A stretch of 64,000 nucleotides of DNA from Candidatus Aenigmatarchaeota archaeon (GCA_016187385.1 JACPJU010000001.1:204010-268009), one strand, 5' to 3'. Counted from the stretch's first letter, positions 1-8,722 are shown. The notes: a model not told the origin generated them from the sequence alone. Made by a program: numbers and translations.

Positions 1-577
1 TCGATTTCTTTCCCTGGGGATAAGACATTAGGAATGTTCCCTTGGACTCTGAAAATGCTCCTTTTGATATTTCTATATTTTCTCTTGTATCCAATATTTC
101 AGAGCCTTGCGTGTGCTTTATGTCAAATTCTCCAAGAAACACTGGACGCGAACTTAACTTCAGCACGGTCTGATTGGACACTATAATCGATAAAGACATG
201 AGAGAACTGCCGCCTTGCGTCAGCGCTTTTATCTCGCCCTTGTAGGTCTTCAGAATAGCCGATTTCGGCACTTGAACTGTTATCTTTACTGTAGTTGAAT
301 TGTCCACATCTAAACTGTTCTTATTGAATGTCAACCAGTCTTTTATCTCTCCTTCAGCTACAAGAGTCACATTCGTCATTTTTCGACCGTCTTCGCTCCT
401 GACGGTTATCGGGAATGTATGAGAGTCTTCTCTAGCCAACGTGAGCTCTAGCGATTTCGGCTCAATGACTGGACGGGATACAGTTGATGTGAAAACAAGT
501 GTAATCAGTAATACAAAGCCAACGGCTCCAAGAATTATCCATGCGAATTCATCGACTTTAGCTTGTCCTTTTAACAT
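1..577 (-). CDS. Partial (runs off window start) pilin-like secreted protein; N-terminus MLKGQAKVDEFAWIILGAVGFVLLITLVF resembles an archaeal class III (type IV pilin) signal peptide
   Basis: Reverse-strand translation from ATG (complement of 575-577) gives K-G-Q-A followed by a hydrophobic helix. The ORF is absent from the supplied track because it is open at position 1. Confidence 0.45.
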   Translation of the reverse strand, partial: MLKGQAKVDEFAWIILGAVGFVLLITLVFTSTVSRPVIEPKSLELTLAREDSHTFPITVRSEDGRKMTNVTLVAEGEIKDWLTFNKNSLDVDNSTTVKITVQVPKSAILKTYKGEIKALTQGGSSLMSLSIIVSNQTVLKLSSRPVFLGEFDIKHTQGSEILDTRENIEISKGAFSESKGTFLMSYPQGKKS

Positions 578-615
578 ATCTTCTTATTTCTTATTTGGTG
601 AATCAACAATAAAAA

Positions 616-810
616 TTACACTTTTTCTGCCTGGCGCTTCAATTTTGTGATATAGCCTGCGATGACATTCTCGAGCTTCTTCGAGCTTACTGTAAAATTC
701 TCTCTTAGAACCTGTTTGTTCTTTGAGAAATCGGCTGTGAACTTGTCGCTATGCTTTTCAAAAATGTCTTTGCCGACACTTTTGACCTGAGCTGTTTTGA
801 TTCGTCCCAT
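616..810 (-). CDS. rps17e: Ribosomal protein S17e
   Basis: 64 aa, MGRIKTAQVKSVGKDIFEKHSDKFTADFSKNKQVL...VIAGYITK matches the conserved S17e N-terminus. Confidence 0.8.
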   Translation of the reverse strand: MGRIKTAQVKSVGKDIFEKHSDKFTADFSKNKQVLRENFTVSSKKLENVIAGYITKLKRQAEKV

Positions 811-819
811 TTCATCAAC

Positions 820-1386
820 TTAAGGTGTGATTCTCTGTATCGTGTAGTAGGTCACGTCGTTCTCTCTGTCGCAAACAGCCCAGACCATTGTAGCTCTTAT
901 GTTGTGCGCAAGCCTGACAGCCCTTGACATCTCAGGCAGGGAAAATGCGGATTCCTCGGCAACTCCGTGGACAACGAATTTTGTATGTTCGTGGGCTGCT
1001 TTGGGACCTCTCTTGAGCTTGACTCCTCTTTCGTATACTCTAAAATGGCAACCGAATTTATATCCTGTCTTGACCAGATAACCCCTTTCCCTCAGATCGC
1101 GGTAGACCGTATATTGGGTATGGAATTCATTTACTCTTTCACTTCCGATTTTCATCAAATCCTCAAAATCGAGCTTTTTCTTCTTCCCGCCATCCTTGGT
1201 TGTAATCTTCATCTTTCCCTTTTCCACCATGTAGGCGGCTTCTACCAAATCCATTTCAACCCTTTTTGGGTCTTCTTCTGGCAAAGGCTTCCCGTAGCCG
1301 GATTCGTCATAAAGATTAACGCTGTCGCTGTCCCAGATCACTACGCGCTCTTCGATGAGCTCTCCGTCCCAGATTTTCTCTGTCAT
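820..1386 (-). CDS. endA: tRNA-splicing endonuclease EndA
   Basis: 188 aa. The motif YRDLRERGYLVKTGYKFGCHFRVYE and a C-terminal catalytic H/K region are typical of archaeal EndA. Confidence 0.85.
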   Translation of the reverse strand: MTEKIWDGELIEERVVIWDSDSVNLYDESGYGKPLPEEDPKRVEMDLVEAAYMVEKGKMKITTKDGGKKKKLDFEDLMKIGSERVNEFHTQYTVYRDLRERGYLVKTGYKFGCHFRVYERGVKLKRGPKAAHEHTKFVVHGVAEESAFSLPEMSRAVRLAHNIRATMVWAVCDRENDVTYYTIQRITP

Positions 1387-1440
1387 TATTAATCAACTAT
1401 GATAATGTGATTTAAAAGGTTATGATTTCTTACTTTAATC

Positions 1441-2205
1441 ATGAAAATTGTTTCGTGGAATATTGCTGGCGGTCATACTTTTAAAGGTAGGGTTGAAGAT
1501 GCGTCTTCTTACAATCGAGAAGATTTGAGTTATTTCATTGGACAAATTAAAGATGTAGAATCGGATGTCATTTCACTCCAAGAAGCTCACACATCAGTAA
1601 ACAGAAACAATGACTCTCAGGCAAAAACTATAGCCGAAGCTTTAGGTTATGATTTTGTTGTTAATCACCCTTATTCTGACAGATCCCACATTAAAAGTGA
1701 CCAACGCTTATCTTTGTCTATCATTAGCAAATTACCGATAGAAAATTCGTATTTCCATTTGTTACCCAATCCAAGCCTTAGAATTACACGACCCGATGGT
1801 GATGTTTGGGTGTCCTTAGATGTTGGGTTTTTAGTTACTACTGTTGGCTATAATGGGAATAGAATTAATGTAGCCAATTGTCATATGGTACCATATCATT
1901 ATTTTAACAGGGATTTTTTGGAATTCAACGATATTAGAGACGATACTTCCGACTTTTTAATTAGGTTATCGAAGAAGCCTACTTTAGTAGCCGGAGATTT
2001 CAATTATAATGATTTGAAGAGATTATTGCCTCGTATATTCGAAAATGGAAGTTATAGAGAATCTTTTGAAGGTGTAGAAACTGCTCCTGGAAGAGGTCAA
2101 CAAGACCATGTTTTATTCTCAAACCAATGGGATATTAGAAAATATGAGATTCGTGTGGGTGAAGCCGATCACTATCTTTGTGTTTCAGAAGTTGAATTAA
2201 AGTAA
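1441..2205 (+). CDS. Endonuclease/exonuclease/phosphatase (EEP) family protein
   Basis: MKIVSWNIAGG...ISLQEAH N-terminal motifs of the EEP fold; 254 aa. Confidence 0.65.
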   Translation: MKIVSWNIAGGHTFKGRVEDASSYNREDLSYFIGQIKDVESDVISLQEAHTSVNRNNDSQAKTIAEALGYDFVVNHPYSDRSHIKSDQRLSLSIISKLPIENSYFHLLPNPSLRITRPDGDVWVSLDVGFLVTTVGYNGNRINVANCHMVPYHYFNRDFLEFNDIRDDTSDFLIRLSKKPTLVAGDFNYNDLKRLLPRIFENGSYRESFEGVETAPGRGQQDHVLFSNQWDIRKYEIRVGEADHYLCVSEVELK

Positions 2206-2217
2206 ATTGAAAATAAA

Positions 2218-2304
2218 TGGGACAGGGGTGATTTGAACACCCGACTCATCGAGCTTCAGTCGATTGCTCTCTTACCTCATTTGTCCAGGCTGAGCTACTG
2301 TCCC
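2218..2304 (-). tRNA. tRNA-Phe (anticodon GAA) with ~10-12 nt insertion in D-loop (probable non-canonical intron)
   Basis: Reverse-complement reads GGGACAG-TA-GCTCAGCCTGG[ACAAATGAGGTA]AGAGC-A-ATCGA-CTGAAGC-TCGAT-GAGTC-GGGTG-TTCAAAT-CACCC-CTGTCCC-A. Acceptor 7/7 bp, T arm perfect, anticodon loop CUGAAGC. Confidence 0.6.
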
Positions 2305-2346
2305 ATTAATTTTTATAACACTGATTGATTTATCTTCTTTTGTTAT

Positions 2347-2724
2347 CTAAGCATATGGATCGTCAATCAGTACTTCAAAATCCATCTGCTCTTTCAATAT
2401 TCCAATTGACACGCCGTAATCCCTAGATTCGTCAATCTTGTCCTTCTGATATTTATTGAAAGTGAATGTCCTATCTCTGAAAATGACAGTCATTGTACCA
2501 TCATTCACAATATGTATATACCAACCTTGCTTTATCGAAGAATTCGCTTTCCGAACAAACTCGTCTCTTTTATCATCGTCCAACTCAATTTTGTGGAAAT
2601 GCAAAACGCCCTTTTCATCCTCTTTTTCAAGGGTTTCTTCAGATGTATCGACAATCTTGACCAGTCTTAAAACATCATTGTTCTCTAAGCTTTCTTCTAT
2701 CACGACTCCTCTCCATACCATCAT
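2347..2724 (-). CDS. Hypothetical protein
   Basis: 125-aa ORF, acidic, no recognisable motif; stop overlaps the start of the downstream GT2 gene (operon-like). Confidence 0.4.
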   Translation of the reverse strand: MMVWRGVVIEESLENNDVLRLVKIVDTSEETLEKEDEKGVLHFHKIELDDDKRDEFVRKANSSIKQGWYIHIVNDGTMTVIFRDRTFTFNKYQKDKIDESRDYGVSIGILKEQMDFEVLIDDPYA

Positions 2725-3401
2725 CTACCACCAAATCTATATTTCAAACCTTCTCCTATGATATACAACAAGACATCTAGAACAAGTCCTGCACCTCGCA
2801 CAACCTTGCTTTTTCGATGGTAAGTCACATCAACCGGAACTTGTTTTATTTTCAATCCATTCTTCAACGCTCCAATCAACATGGAATTGTCCACTGTATA
2901 ATCTCCAGATATGTAGGGTTGTATGATTCCCGAAGTCTTTCGATTGAATCCCATAAAGCCACAGTTGGTGTCCTTGAGATTTGTGCCGAAGAGAATATTG
3001 AATGCGTTGTGCCAAACAAAATTTCCAAGCCTGTGTCTGAATGGTATTTTGTCCCAATTTCTGTAACCCATCACAAAATCAGCGCCGTTTTCAATTTCCT
3101 TGATTATTTTTGCTGATTCTTTTGCGTGATATTGGCCGTCTGCGTCAATCAATATCACATTGTGGAAATCTTTGTGGTTCTTTATCAGATAATCAAGACC
3201 CGTTTTCAGGGCTTCGCCCTTTCCTCTATTTGTATCGTGTCTGACAACAATCGCACCGGCAGATTTGGCGACATTATAAGTATCGTCAACAGAACAGTCG
3301 TCTATAACTATCGGCTTTAGCCCGGCATCTATGATCTGTTTCACGATTTTTCCTATATTTCTTCCTTCATTGTAGGCAGGCACTATAGCAAAGTTTAGCA
3401 T
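2721..3401 (-). CDS. Glycosyltransferase family 2 (dolichol-phosphate sugar synthase-like)
   Basis: VPAYNEGRNIGKIV...IDDCSVDDT...DADGQY motifs of GT2 DXD enzymes. Confidence 0.8.
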   Translation of the reverse strand: MLNFAIVPAYNEGRNIGKIVKQIIDAGLKPIVIDDCSVDDTYNVAKSAGAIVVRHDTNRGKGEALKTGLDYLIKNHKDFHNVILIDADGQYHAKESAKIIKEIENGADFVMGYRNWDKIPFRHRLGNFVWHNAFNILFGTNLKDTNCGFMGFNRKTSGIIQPYISGDYTVDNSMLIGALKNGLKIKQVPVDVTYHRKSKVVRGAGLVLDVLLYIIGEGLKYRFGGR

Positions 3402-3448
3402 ATCTGAAAATAGGTATGCAGATATTTATTTAAATCAAATTTCTTTGC

Positions 3449-4120
3449 ATGAGAAAGTTCTGCCCAAGCTGCGGAAAGACCATAAGTGAATTGTATGAAA
3501 ATGTATGCAGAGAATGCTTTTTGGAAAAAGTTAATATCTCGGATTTTCTGCCAGATGAAATAAAAATGCCCATATGTAAAGAGTGCGGTAAGCTGTTTAT
3601 CAGCGAAAAATCATTTGCTGGAAAGGAACAAGCCGCTGAATTTTTCTTTGGAAAATTGAAACAAAAGGAGATTAATTCAGTCAGCTATCGCGTCGTGAAT
3701 GAAAAAATCATGGCAACCGTGCACGCGAAATTTGGCGAACTGGAAGTGGAAAAAGAGAAGACTATCCAAATAAAGCAACCGAAAATCACATGCAAATTTT
3801 GTTCAATGAAGTTGAGTGGTTACTATACGACAATACTACAGATCAGAGGCAAGACTAACATCGATACTCTTAAGGAAATACAAGATTTTGTGGACATGTT
3901 GAAGGGGGATGATAACATGGCGTTCATTTCGAATGTAGTCAAAAAGAAGGAAGGTATTGACCTTTATTTGGGCTCGAAGAGTGTTGCAGGAAAAATAGCA
4001 AAATATCTTAAAGATAGATATAAAACAAAGAATAAGATTTCAAGAACCCTGTACGGTATTGTACAGGGCAAAAAAACGTATAGGGACACCATTTCAGTGA
4101 AATTTGGAGACGAAAAATGA
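3449..4120 (+). CDS. NMD3-like zinc-ribbon protein (short)
   Basis: N-terminal CPSCG...CRECF...CKECG CxxC pairs as in the NMD3 N-domain. Only 223 aa, so the call is tentative. Confidence 0.4.
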   Translation: MRKFCPSCGKTISELYENVCRECFLEKVNISDFLPDEIKMPICKECGKLFISEKSFAGKEQAAEFFFGKLKQKEINSVSYRVVNEKIMATVHAKFGELEVEKEKTIQIKQPKITCKFCSMKLSGYYTTILQIRGKTNIDTLKEIQDFVDMLKGDDNMAFISNVVKKKEGIDLYLGSKSVAGKIAKYLKDRYKTKNKISRTLYGIVQGKKTYRDTISVKFGDEK

Positions 4121-4431
4121 AAGGAGAAGAACCGACGCAGGAAGAGATTGAGATATCGAGAATCAGGATGCCCAGAAACAGAGAGGTTTTAGGCATTGTT
4201 GAGATGATGCTCGGCGGCGATAAGATTCGGATCAGATGTGCTGACGGCCATACTAGAATCTGCCGCATACCGGGAAAACTAAGAAAGAGGGTGTGGATCA
4301 GAATAGGTAATCTTGTTTTGGTGGAGCCGTGGGAGGCACAAACAAATGAAAGAGGCGACGTTGTTTTTCAGTATACATCCACACAAGTCAATTGGATGAG
4401 ACGGAAGAATATAATAAAAGACGTTTTCTAA
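4117..4431 (+). CDS. eif1a: Translation initiation factor aIF-1A
   Basis: RIRCADGHTRICRIPGKLRKRVWIRIGNLVLVEPW is the eIF1A OB-fold signature. Confidence 0.85.
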   Translation: MKGEEPTQEEIEISRIRMPRNREVLGIVEMMLGGDKIRIRCADGHTRICRIPGKLRKRVWIRIGNLVLVEPWEAQTNERGDVVFQYTSTQVNWMRRKNIIKDVF

Positions 4432-4447
4432 AAAAACAGGAGAGAAT

Positions 4448-4948
4448 ATGATTGAGCATATCTCGATACCGGAAGAAAGGATTGCTTTGTTAAGGAAGAC
4501 GAAAGGCTGGAAAGAAGACATTAAAAAATTTTTGGATGTGAACGTGGAAATCGGTGAGGACATTGCAGTAAGTGGTGATGTTCTTCAGGTCATCAGAGTT
4601 AAGGAAATATTTAGAGCATTCGGCAGAGGGTTCACGTTCAAGGACAGCCTGGATCTGTTGGACGATGAGTATGTATTGTATGTCATAACCATAAGCGAAT
4701 TTGCAGGAAAATCAAAAAACAGGCAGACTACATTAAAGGGCAGGATTATTGGAGAAGGCGGAAAGACCAAAACCATGATTGAAAAGTACACCAACGTAAA
4801 GATCGCTGTTTATGGAAAAACCGTAAGCATGATCGGAAAGGCAGAAGGAATAATAATCGCGAAGGAAGCCATAGAAATGCTATTGTATGGAGGCAAACAT
4901 GCCACTGTCTACAGATTCCTGGAAGACAAGAAAATCTTAGCCTTCTGA
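4448..4948 (+). CDS. KH-domain RNA-binding protein
   Basis: GRIIGEGGKTKTMIE is the type-1 KH GXXG loop; it follows the conserved aIF1A neighbourhood. Confidence 0.7.
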   Translation: MIEHISIPEERIALLRKTKGWKEDIKKFLDVNVEIGEDIAVSGDVLQVIRVKEIFRAFGRGFTFKDSLDLLDDEYVLYVITISEFAGKSKNRQTTLKGRIIGEGGKTKTMIEKYTNVKIAVYGKTVSMIGKAEGIIIAKEAIEMLLYGGKHATVYRFLEDKKILAF

Positions 4949-4990
4949 ATAAGATATATTCGAAAAAATCTGTAAGGTTTATATGGACAG

Positions 4991-6616
4991 TTGAGAATTT
5001 TAAAAGAAACCAGTGAAATTATGGCAGATAAAAACATAACAGCTGAGGATTTGGCCCATCAATTGAGAGCTGTCAGTGTAGCCGAATTCTTTGAAAAGAA
5101 CAGGCATTTGCTCGGCTACGAAAACCCGACGAAGGCATTGATAACAATCGTTAAGGAGCTTATGGACAATTCTCTTGATGCATGCGAAGAAGCGAGAATT
5201 TTGCCTGATATTAAAGTTTCGATTAAAGAAATTGCGCCTGAGAGATTCAAAGTTAAGGTTGAAGACAATGGTCCTGGGATTGTAGAAGAGAAATTGCCGC
5301 TCGCGTTCGGAAAATTATTATATGGTTCGAAATTCCACAGGCTGAAAATGAGTCGAGGTACTCAGGGTCTGGGCGCATCGGGCGCTATATTGTATTCCCA
5401 GTTGACAACCGGCAAGCCCTCAAAAATCGCGTCCAGCACCGGGAAAGAAATTCATGAGATAGAACTGATGATTGATGTCAATAAGAATGATCCAAAGATT
5501 GTTTCGCACAAAGAAGAAAAGAATTCTGGTAAATGGCACGGAATAAAAATTGAATTGGAAACCGAGGCGAGATACATAGAAGGCAAGCAATCTGTTTTTG
5601 AATATTTGAGACAAACCGCAATGTCGAATCCATATGCAAAAATAATTTACGATGGACCGAATGGCAAGGTTGAATTTGAAAGGGTGGTTAAAGAAATGCC
5701 GCCATTACCAAGAGAAATCAAGCCACACCCATACGGCGTTGAAATTGGATTGTTAAGGAGAATGCTTGCATCAACTAATGCGAGAAATTTAGTTGGATTT
5801 TTGACTTCGGATTTTTCAAGAGTTGGAAGAGGCACTGCACTGCAGATATGCAAGCTTGCAAAATTGGACACGGATAGAAAACCGCATGATTTAAGCCATG
5901 ACGAGATGGAAAAACTTCACAAGTCTATGCAGATGGTGAAATTAATAGGACCTCCCACTGATTGTTTGTCTCCTTTGAGCGAGAAACTTCTGGAGGAGGG
6001 ACTGCGAAAAGAGACCAAAGCTGAATTTGTTGTGGCTGTGACAAGACCACCAAGTGTTTACAGGGGTAATCCATTTCAAGTGGAGTGTGCTCTGGCTTTT
6101 GGAGGTGAATTACCAAAGGAAGGATCATCACAGTTGTTCAGGTTTGCAAACAAAGTTCCTTTGCTGTATCATGCCAGCGACTGCGCAACAACAGATGCTG
6201 TTGTAGACACTGACTGGAAAAGGTACGGATTTTCACAGTCTTCGGGTCAGCTGCCGCAGGGCCAGTTGGGAATATTTATTCATTTCGCATCGGTGTGGGT
6301 TCCTTATACATCGGAAGGCAAGCAGGCCATCGCAAGCTATCCTGAAATAGTCAAAGAAATGAAGCTCGCCCTGCAGGAAGCTGGTAGAAAGCTCGCTGTG
6401 TATGTCAGACAAAAAAATAGAATGCATGATAGACAAATGAGAAAAGAGTTGTTTGAGAAATACATACCAGAACTTGCAGAGTCGCTTGAGAAATTATCTG
6501 GCGACAAGAAAGAGAAGTTAATTGAAGCCTTGGAAAAAATTATTAAGAAAAGCGCTATAAAAAGTGAGGAGAATGAAAAAGAAGGAGACGGAAGAGAGCC
6601 TGAAAAAACTGGGTAA
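4991..6616 (+). CDS. top6B: DNA topoisomerase VI subunit B
   Basis: GHKL/Bergerat ATPase motif ELMDNSLDACEE and a G-rich ATP lid; 541 aa. Confidence 0.9.
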   Translation: MRILKETSEIMADKNITAEDLAHQLRAVSVAEFFEKNRHLLGYENPTKALITIVKELMDNSLDACEEARILPDIKVSIKEIAPERFKVKVEDNGPGIVEEKLPLAFGKLLYGSKFHRLKMSRGTQGLGASGAILYSQLTTGKPSKIASSTGKEIHEIELMIDVNKNDPKIVSHKEEKNSGKWHGIKIELETEARYIEGKQSVFEYLRQTAMSNPYAKIIYDGPNGKVEFERVVKEMPPLPREIKPHPYGVEIGLLRRMLASTNARNLVGFLTSDFSRVGRGTALQICKLAKLDTDRKPHDLSHDEMEKLHKSMQMVKLIGPPTDCLSPLSEKLLEEGLRKETKAEFVVAVTRPPSVYRGNPFQVECALAFGGELPKEGSSQLFRFANKVPLLYHASDCATTDAVVDTDWKRYGFSQSSGQLPQGQLGIFIHFASVWVPYTSEGKQAIASYPEIVKEMKLALQEAGRKLAVYVRQKNRMHDRQMRKELFEKYIPELAESLEKLSGDKKEKLIEALEKIIKKSAIKSEENEKEGDGREPEKTG

Positions 6617-7655
6617 GAAGCTGGCTACGGAAATCTCGAAAGGCGAGAACCCTTCGCTAGAAGTACCTATAAGGACATTGTCCAATATCAAGTACGACCC
6701 CCATCATAAAATGATCAAGATGGGTAGCAACGTAGCTACACGTTATTTCTTCAATGTTGGTCATGTCAGGAAATTTGTCCAGACTGTCGAGGCTGCGGCA
6801 CTTGCTAAGGAATTGAACGGTATGGGAAAACATCTCAGCCTAAGAGAAGCTTTCTACCGAATGAAAAGAACTCTGCCCGATTCCAACATTAATCTTGTTG
6901 ATGAGCAGGAAGAATCTAATGAAGCTATAGAAGATTTGGAATTAATAACGGATACTTCACGAGAACAGTTACATATTAATGCAAACAAGATGGGTTCAGT
7001 TGCCGGTAAAATAGTTATAGAAGATGGTGGTGATATAATAGACTGGTCGAAAATGGGCAGCGGAGGTTATTCATTACCTTCAAATGTCGAAGATATAATT
7101 TTCAAAAAAGTCAATGCGAAATTTATAATATATATGGAAAAGGCGGCTGAGTGGGAGAGACTCAATGAAGATCGTGTATGGGAAAAGTTGGATTGTGTTA
7201 TAATCTCTAGCCAAGGTCAAGCTACTAGAGGTGTTAGGAGAATATTACAAAGACTGCATTTGGAGCATAGATTACCAGTTTATGTTTTGGTCGATAATGA
7301 TCCTTGGGGTTTTTACATCTATTCTGTTTTAAAGTTTGGTTCAATTAGCCTTGCACACATATCAGAAAAATTGGCGATACCAGACGCTAAATTAATAGGA
7401 TTGACTGTTGACGATGTGATTAAATACGACCTTAAAAAACATTTAATAAAGTTTGAAGATGTTGATTTTAAGAGACTTGAACAAATCAGCAACTATGAGT
7501 GGTTCAAAAATAGCAAAGAATGGCAAAGACAATTTAAAATGATGAAAGAAATGAAAAGCAAGGTTGAATTGGCTGCTCTATCATCAAAAGGCATTACTTT
7601 CATATCAGATACCTACCTACCAGAAAAGATAAAGAAAAAGGATTTCCTAGATTAG
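6564..7655 (+). CDS. top6A: DNA topoisomerase VI subunit A (Spo11-like)
   Basis: Toprim motif YVLVDNDPWGFYIYSVLKFGS. Overlaps the top6B 3' end by 53 nt in another frame; the true start may be an internal Met. Confidence 0.9.
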   Translation: MRRMKKKETEESLKKLGKKLATEISKGENPSLEVPIRTLSNIKYDPHHKMIKMGSNVATRYFFNVGHVRKFVQTVEAAALAKELNGMGKHLSLREAFYRMKRTLPDSNINLVDEQEESNEAIEDLELITDTSREQLHINANKMGSVAGKIVIEDGGDIIDWSKMGSGGYSLPSNVEDIIFKKVNAKFIIYMEKAAEWERLNEDRVWEKLDCVIISSQGQATRGVRRILQRLHLEHRLPVYVLVDNDPWGFYIYSVLKFGSISLAHISEKLAIPDAKLIGLTVDDVIKYDLKKHLIKFEDVDFKRLEQISNYEWFKNSKEWQRQFKMMKEMKSKVELAALSSKGITFISDTYLPEKIKKKDFLD

Positions 7656-7683
7656 ATATTGTATAGGAATAAGGTTGTATAGT

Positions 7684-7693
7684 TTTATATTTA
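7684..7693 (+). promoter_or_regulatory. Candidate archaeal TATA box upstream of LAGLIDADG gene
   Basis: ttttatattt about 20-29 nt upstream of the ATG at 7713, consistent with leaderless archaeal transcription. Confidence 0.3.
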
Positions 7694-7712
7694 CTCTAGA
7701 GATTTATACATT

Positions 7713-8366
7713 ATGTTAAAAGAAGTTTCCAGTAGATTGAAAGAATATAATATTTTCCATAAAATTGAAAATGGATTCTTAGTAACTAGGAAGACAAGAG
7801 TAAAAATACCCCCCATTTCATCTAAAGTAAGTTATTTGACAGGTGTATTAACTGGAGATGGTAATCTCACGATGGTAAAAAGAATGAAAGGGGGTTTTCA
7901 TTACACTGTTAAAATAACGTCAAATTCAACAGACTATTTAAACTATCTGAATACTAGATTTAGAGAATTGTTTTCAATCAAAGGCGAAATTGGAAAGGAT
8001 AACAGAAAGATGAACACATTTTTTCTGATATTCAGAAATGTTTGCATTTTTTGGTATTTTGTAACCGTTGGTCTATGCATTGGAAGAAAAATAAATCCTT
8101 CAATACCACATAAAATTAGAACAAACAGAAAATTTTTAATTACTTACCTAAGTGGATTAGTGGATACAGATGGTCATATTAACCGTAATAGAATACAGCT
8201 AAAACAGAAAAGCAAAAGTTTTTTGGAAGAGATTAAGCAAGCACTCAAGCTATTTAAATTATCGCCTACAGAGGTTAAAGTAAATTACACCAAGTCAATG
8301 CCCTATTATTATATAAGATTTGATAATAGATTATTTTGCTATAAAGTAGCCACAGTAGCTCAGTAG
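7713..8366 (+). CDS. LAGLIDADG homing endonuclease (two-motif, free-standing)
   Basis: Two LAGLIDADG-type motifs: LTGVLTGDGNL and YLSGLVDTDGHI, about 100 aa apart. The 3' end (KVATVAQ*) reads through the first 18 nt of the downstream tRNA. Confidence 0.8.
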   Translation: MLKEVSSRLKEYNIFHKIENGFLVTRKTRVKIPPISSKVSYLTGVLTGDGNLTMVKRMKGGFHYTVKITSNSTDYLNYLNTRFRELFSIKGEIGKDNRKMNTFFLIFRNVCIFWYFVTVGLCIGRKINPSIPHKIRTNRKFLITYLSGLVDTDGHINRNRIQLKQKSKSFLEEIKQALKLFKLSPTEVKVNYTKSMPYYYIRFDNRLFCYKVATVAQ

Positions 8367-8445
8367 GTAGAGCACCCGAAACAGTTGTGAACTGTTGGTG
8401 AACCTTGTAAGCGGAAGGTCGTGGGTTCAATTCCCACCTGTGGCT
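8349..8445 (+). tRNA. tRNA; best anticodon hairpin AACAG-UUGUGAA-CUGUU gives GUG (His). About 24 nt of extra sequence implies intron(s) at non-canonical positions
   Basis: Acceptor GCCACAG/CTGTGGC 7/7, D arm GCTC-AGTAGGTA-GAGC, T arm GTGGG-TTCAATT-CCCAC. Total 97 nt versus about 73 expected. The extra CCCGA lies before the anticodon stem. A 19-nt ACCTT-GTAAGCGG-AAGGT hairpin lies in the variable region. Confidence 0.5.
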
Positions 8446-8455
8446 TTGATTTTGT

Positions 8456-8689
8456 ATGACAAATTTGAGTACGAGTGGGGATGATGAGAAGAGGATTCAA
8501 TTAATGGTCGATAATATTCAGTTTTATTTAAATAGAAGAGGATTGGATTCCCCATACAATGAAAGTGAGTTATACCAATTAGTCCAAGATAAGTATTCTG
8601 AATTAAAAGGAAGATCAACAGTTGATAAATATTTGGATATTATAGTAGAGAGGATTATTATAGATAATCTTATGTCTGTTCGAAAATAA
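8456..8689 (+). CDS. Hypothetical small protein
   Basis: 77-aa ORF immediately 3' of the tRNA; no motif recognised. Confidence 0.3.
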   Translation: MTNLSTSGDDEKRIQLMVDNIQFYLNRRGLDSPYNESELYQLVQDKYSELKGRSTVDKYLDIIVERIIIDNLMSVRK

Positions 8690-8722
8690 AGCTTTTGTCC
8701 GAACTTTTATAATCAATTTTAT

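Noticed and set aside
899-1392. Plus-strand ORFs (60 and 141 aa) overlapping endA
   Set aside because: Antisense to a well-supported conserved gene; low-complexity shadow ORFs.
2456-2761. 101-aa plus-strand ORF
   Set aside because: Fully antisense to the 2347..2724 / GT2 coding region; Ser/Leu-rich translation typical of shadow frames.
8397-8420. Reading the 24-nt segment as a class II tRNA long variable arm (Leu/Ser-type)
   Set aside because: The only good anticodon hairpin gives GUG (His), a class I tRNA; the isotype and the variable-arm length are incompatible. An intron is the more plausible explanation, though it remains unresolved.
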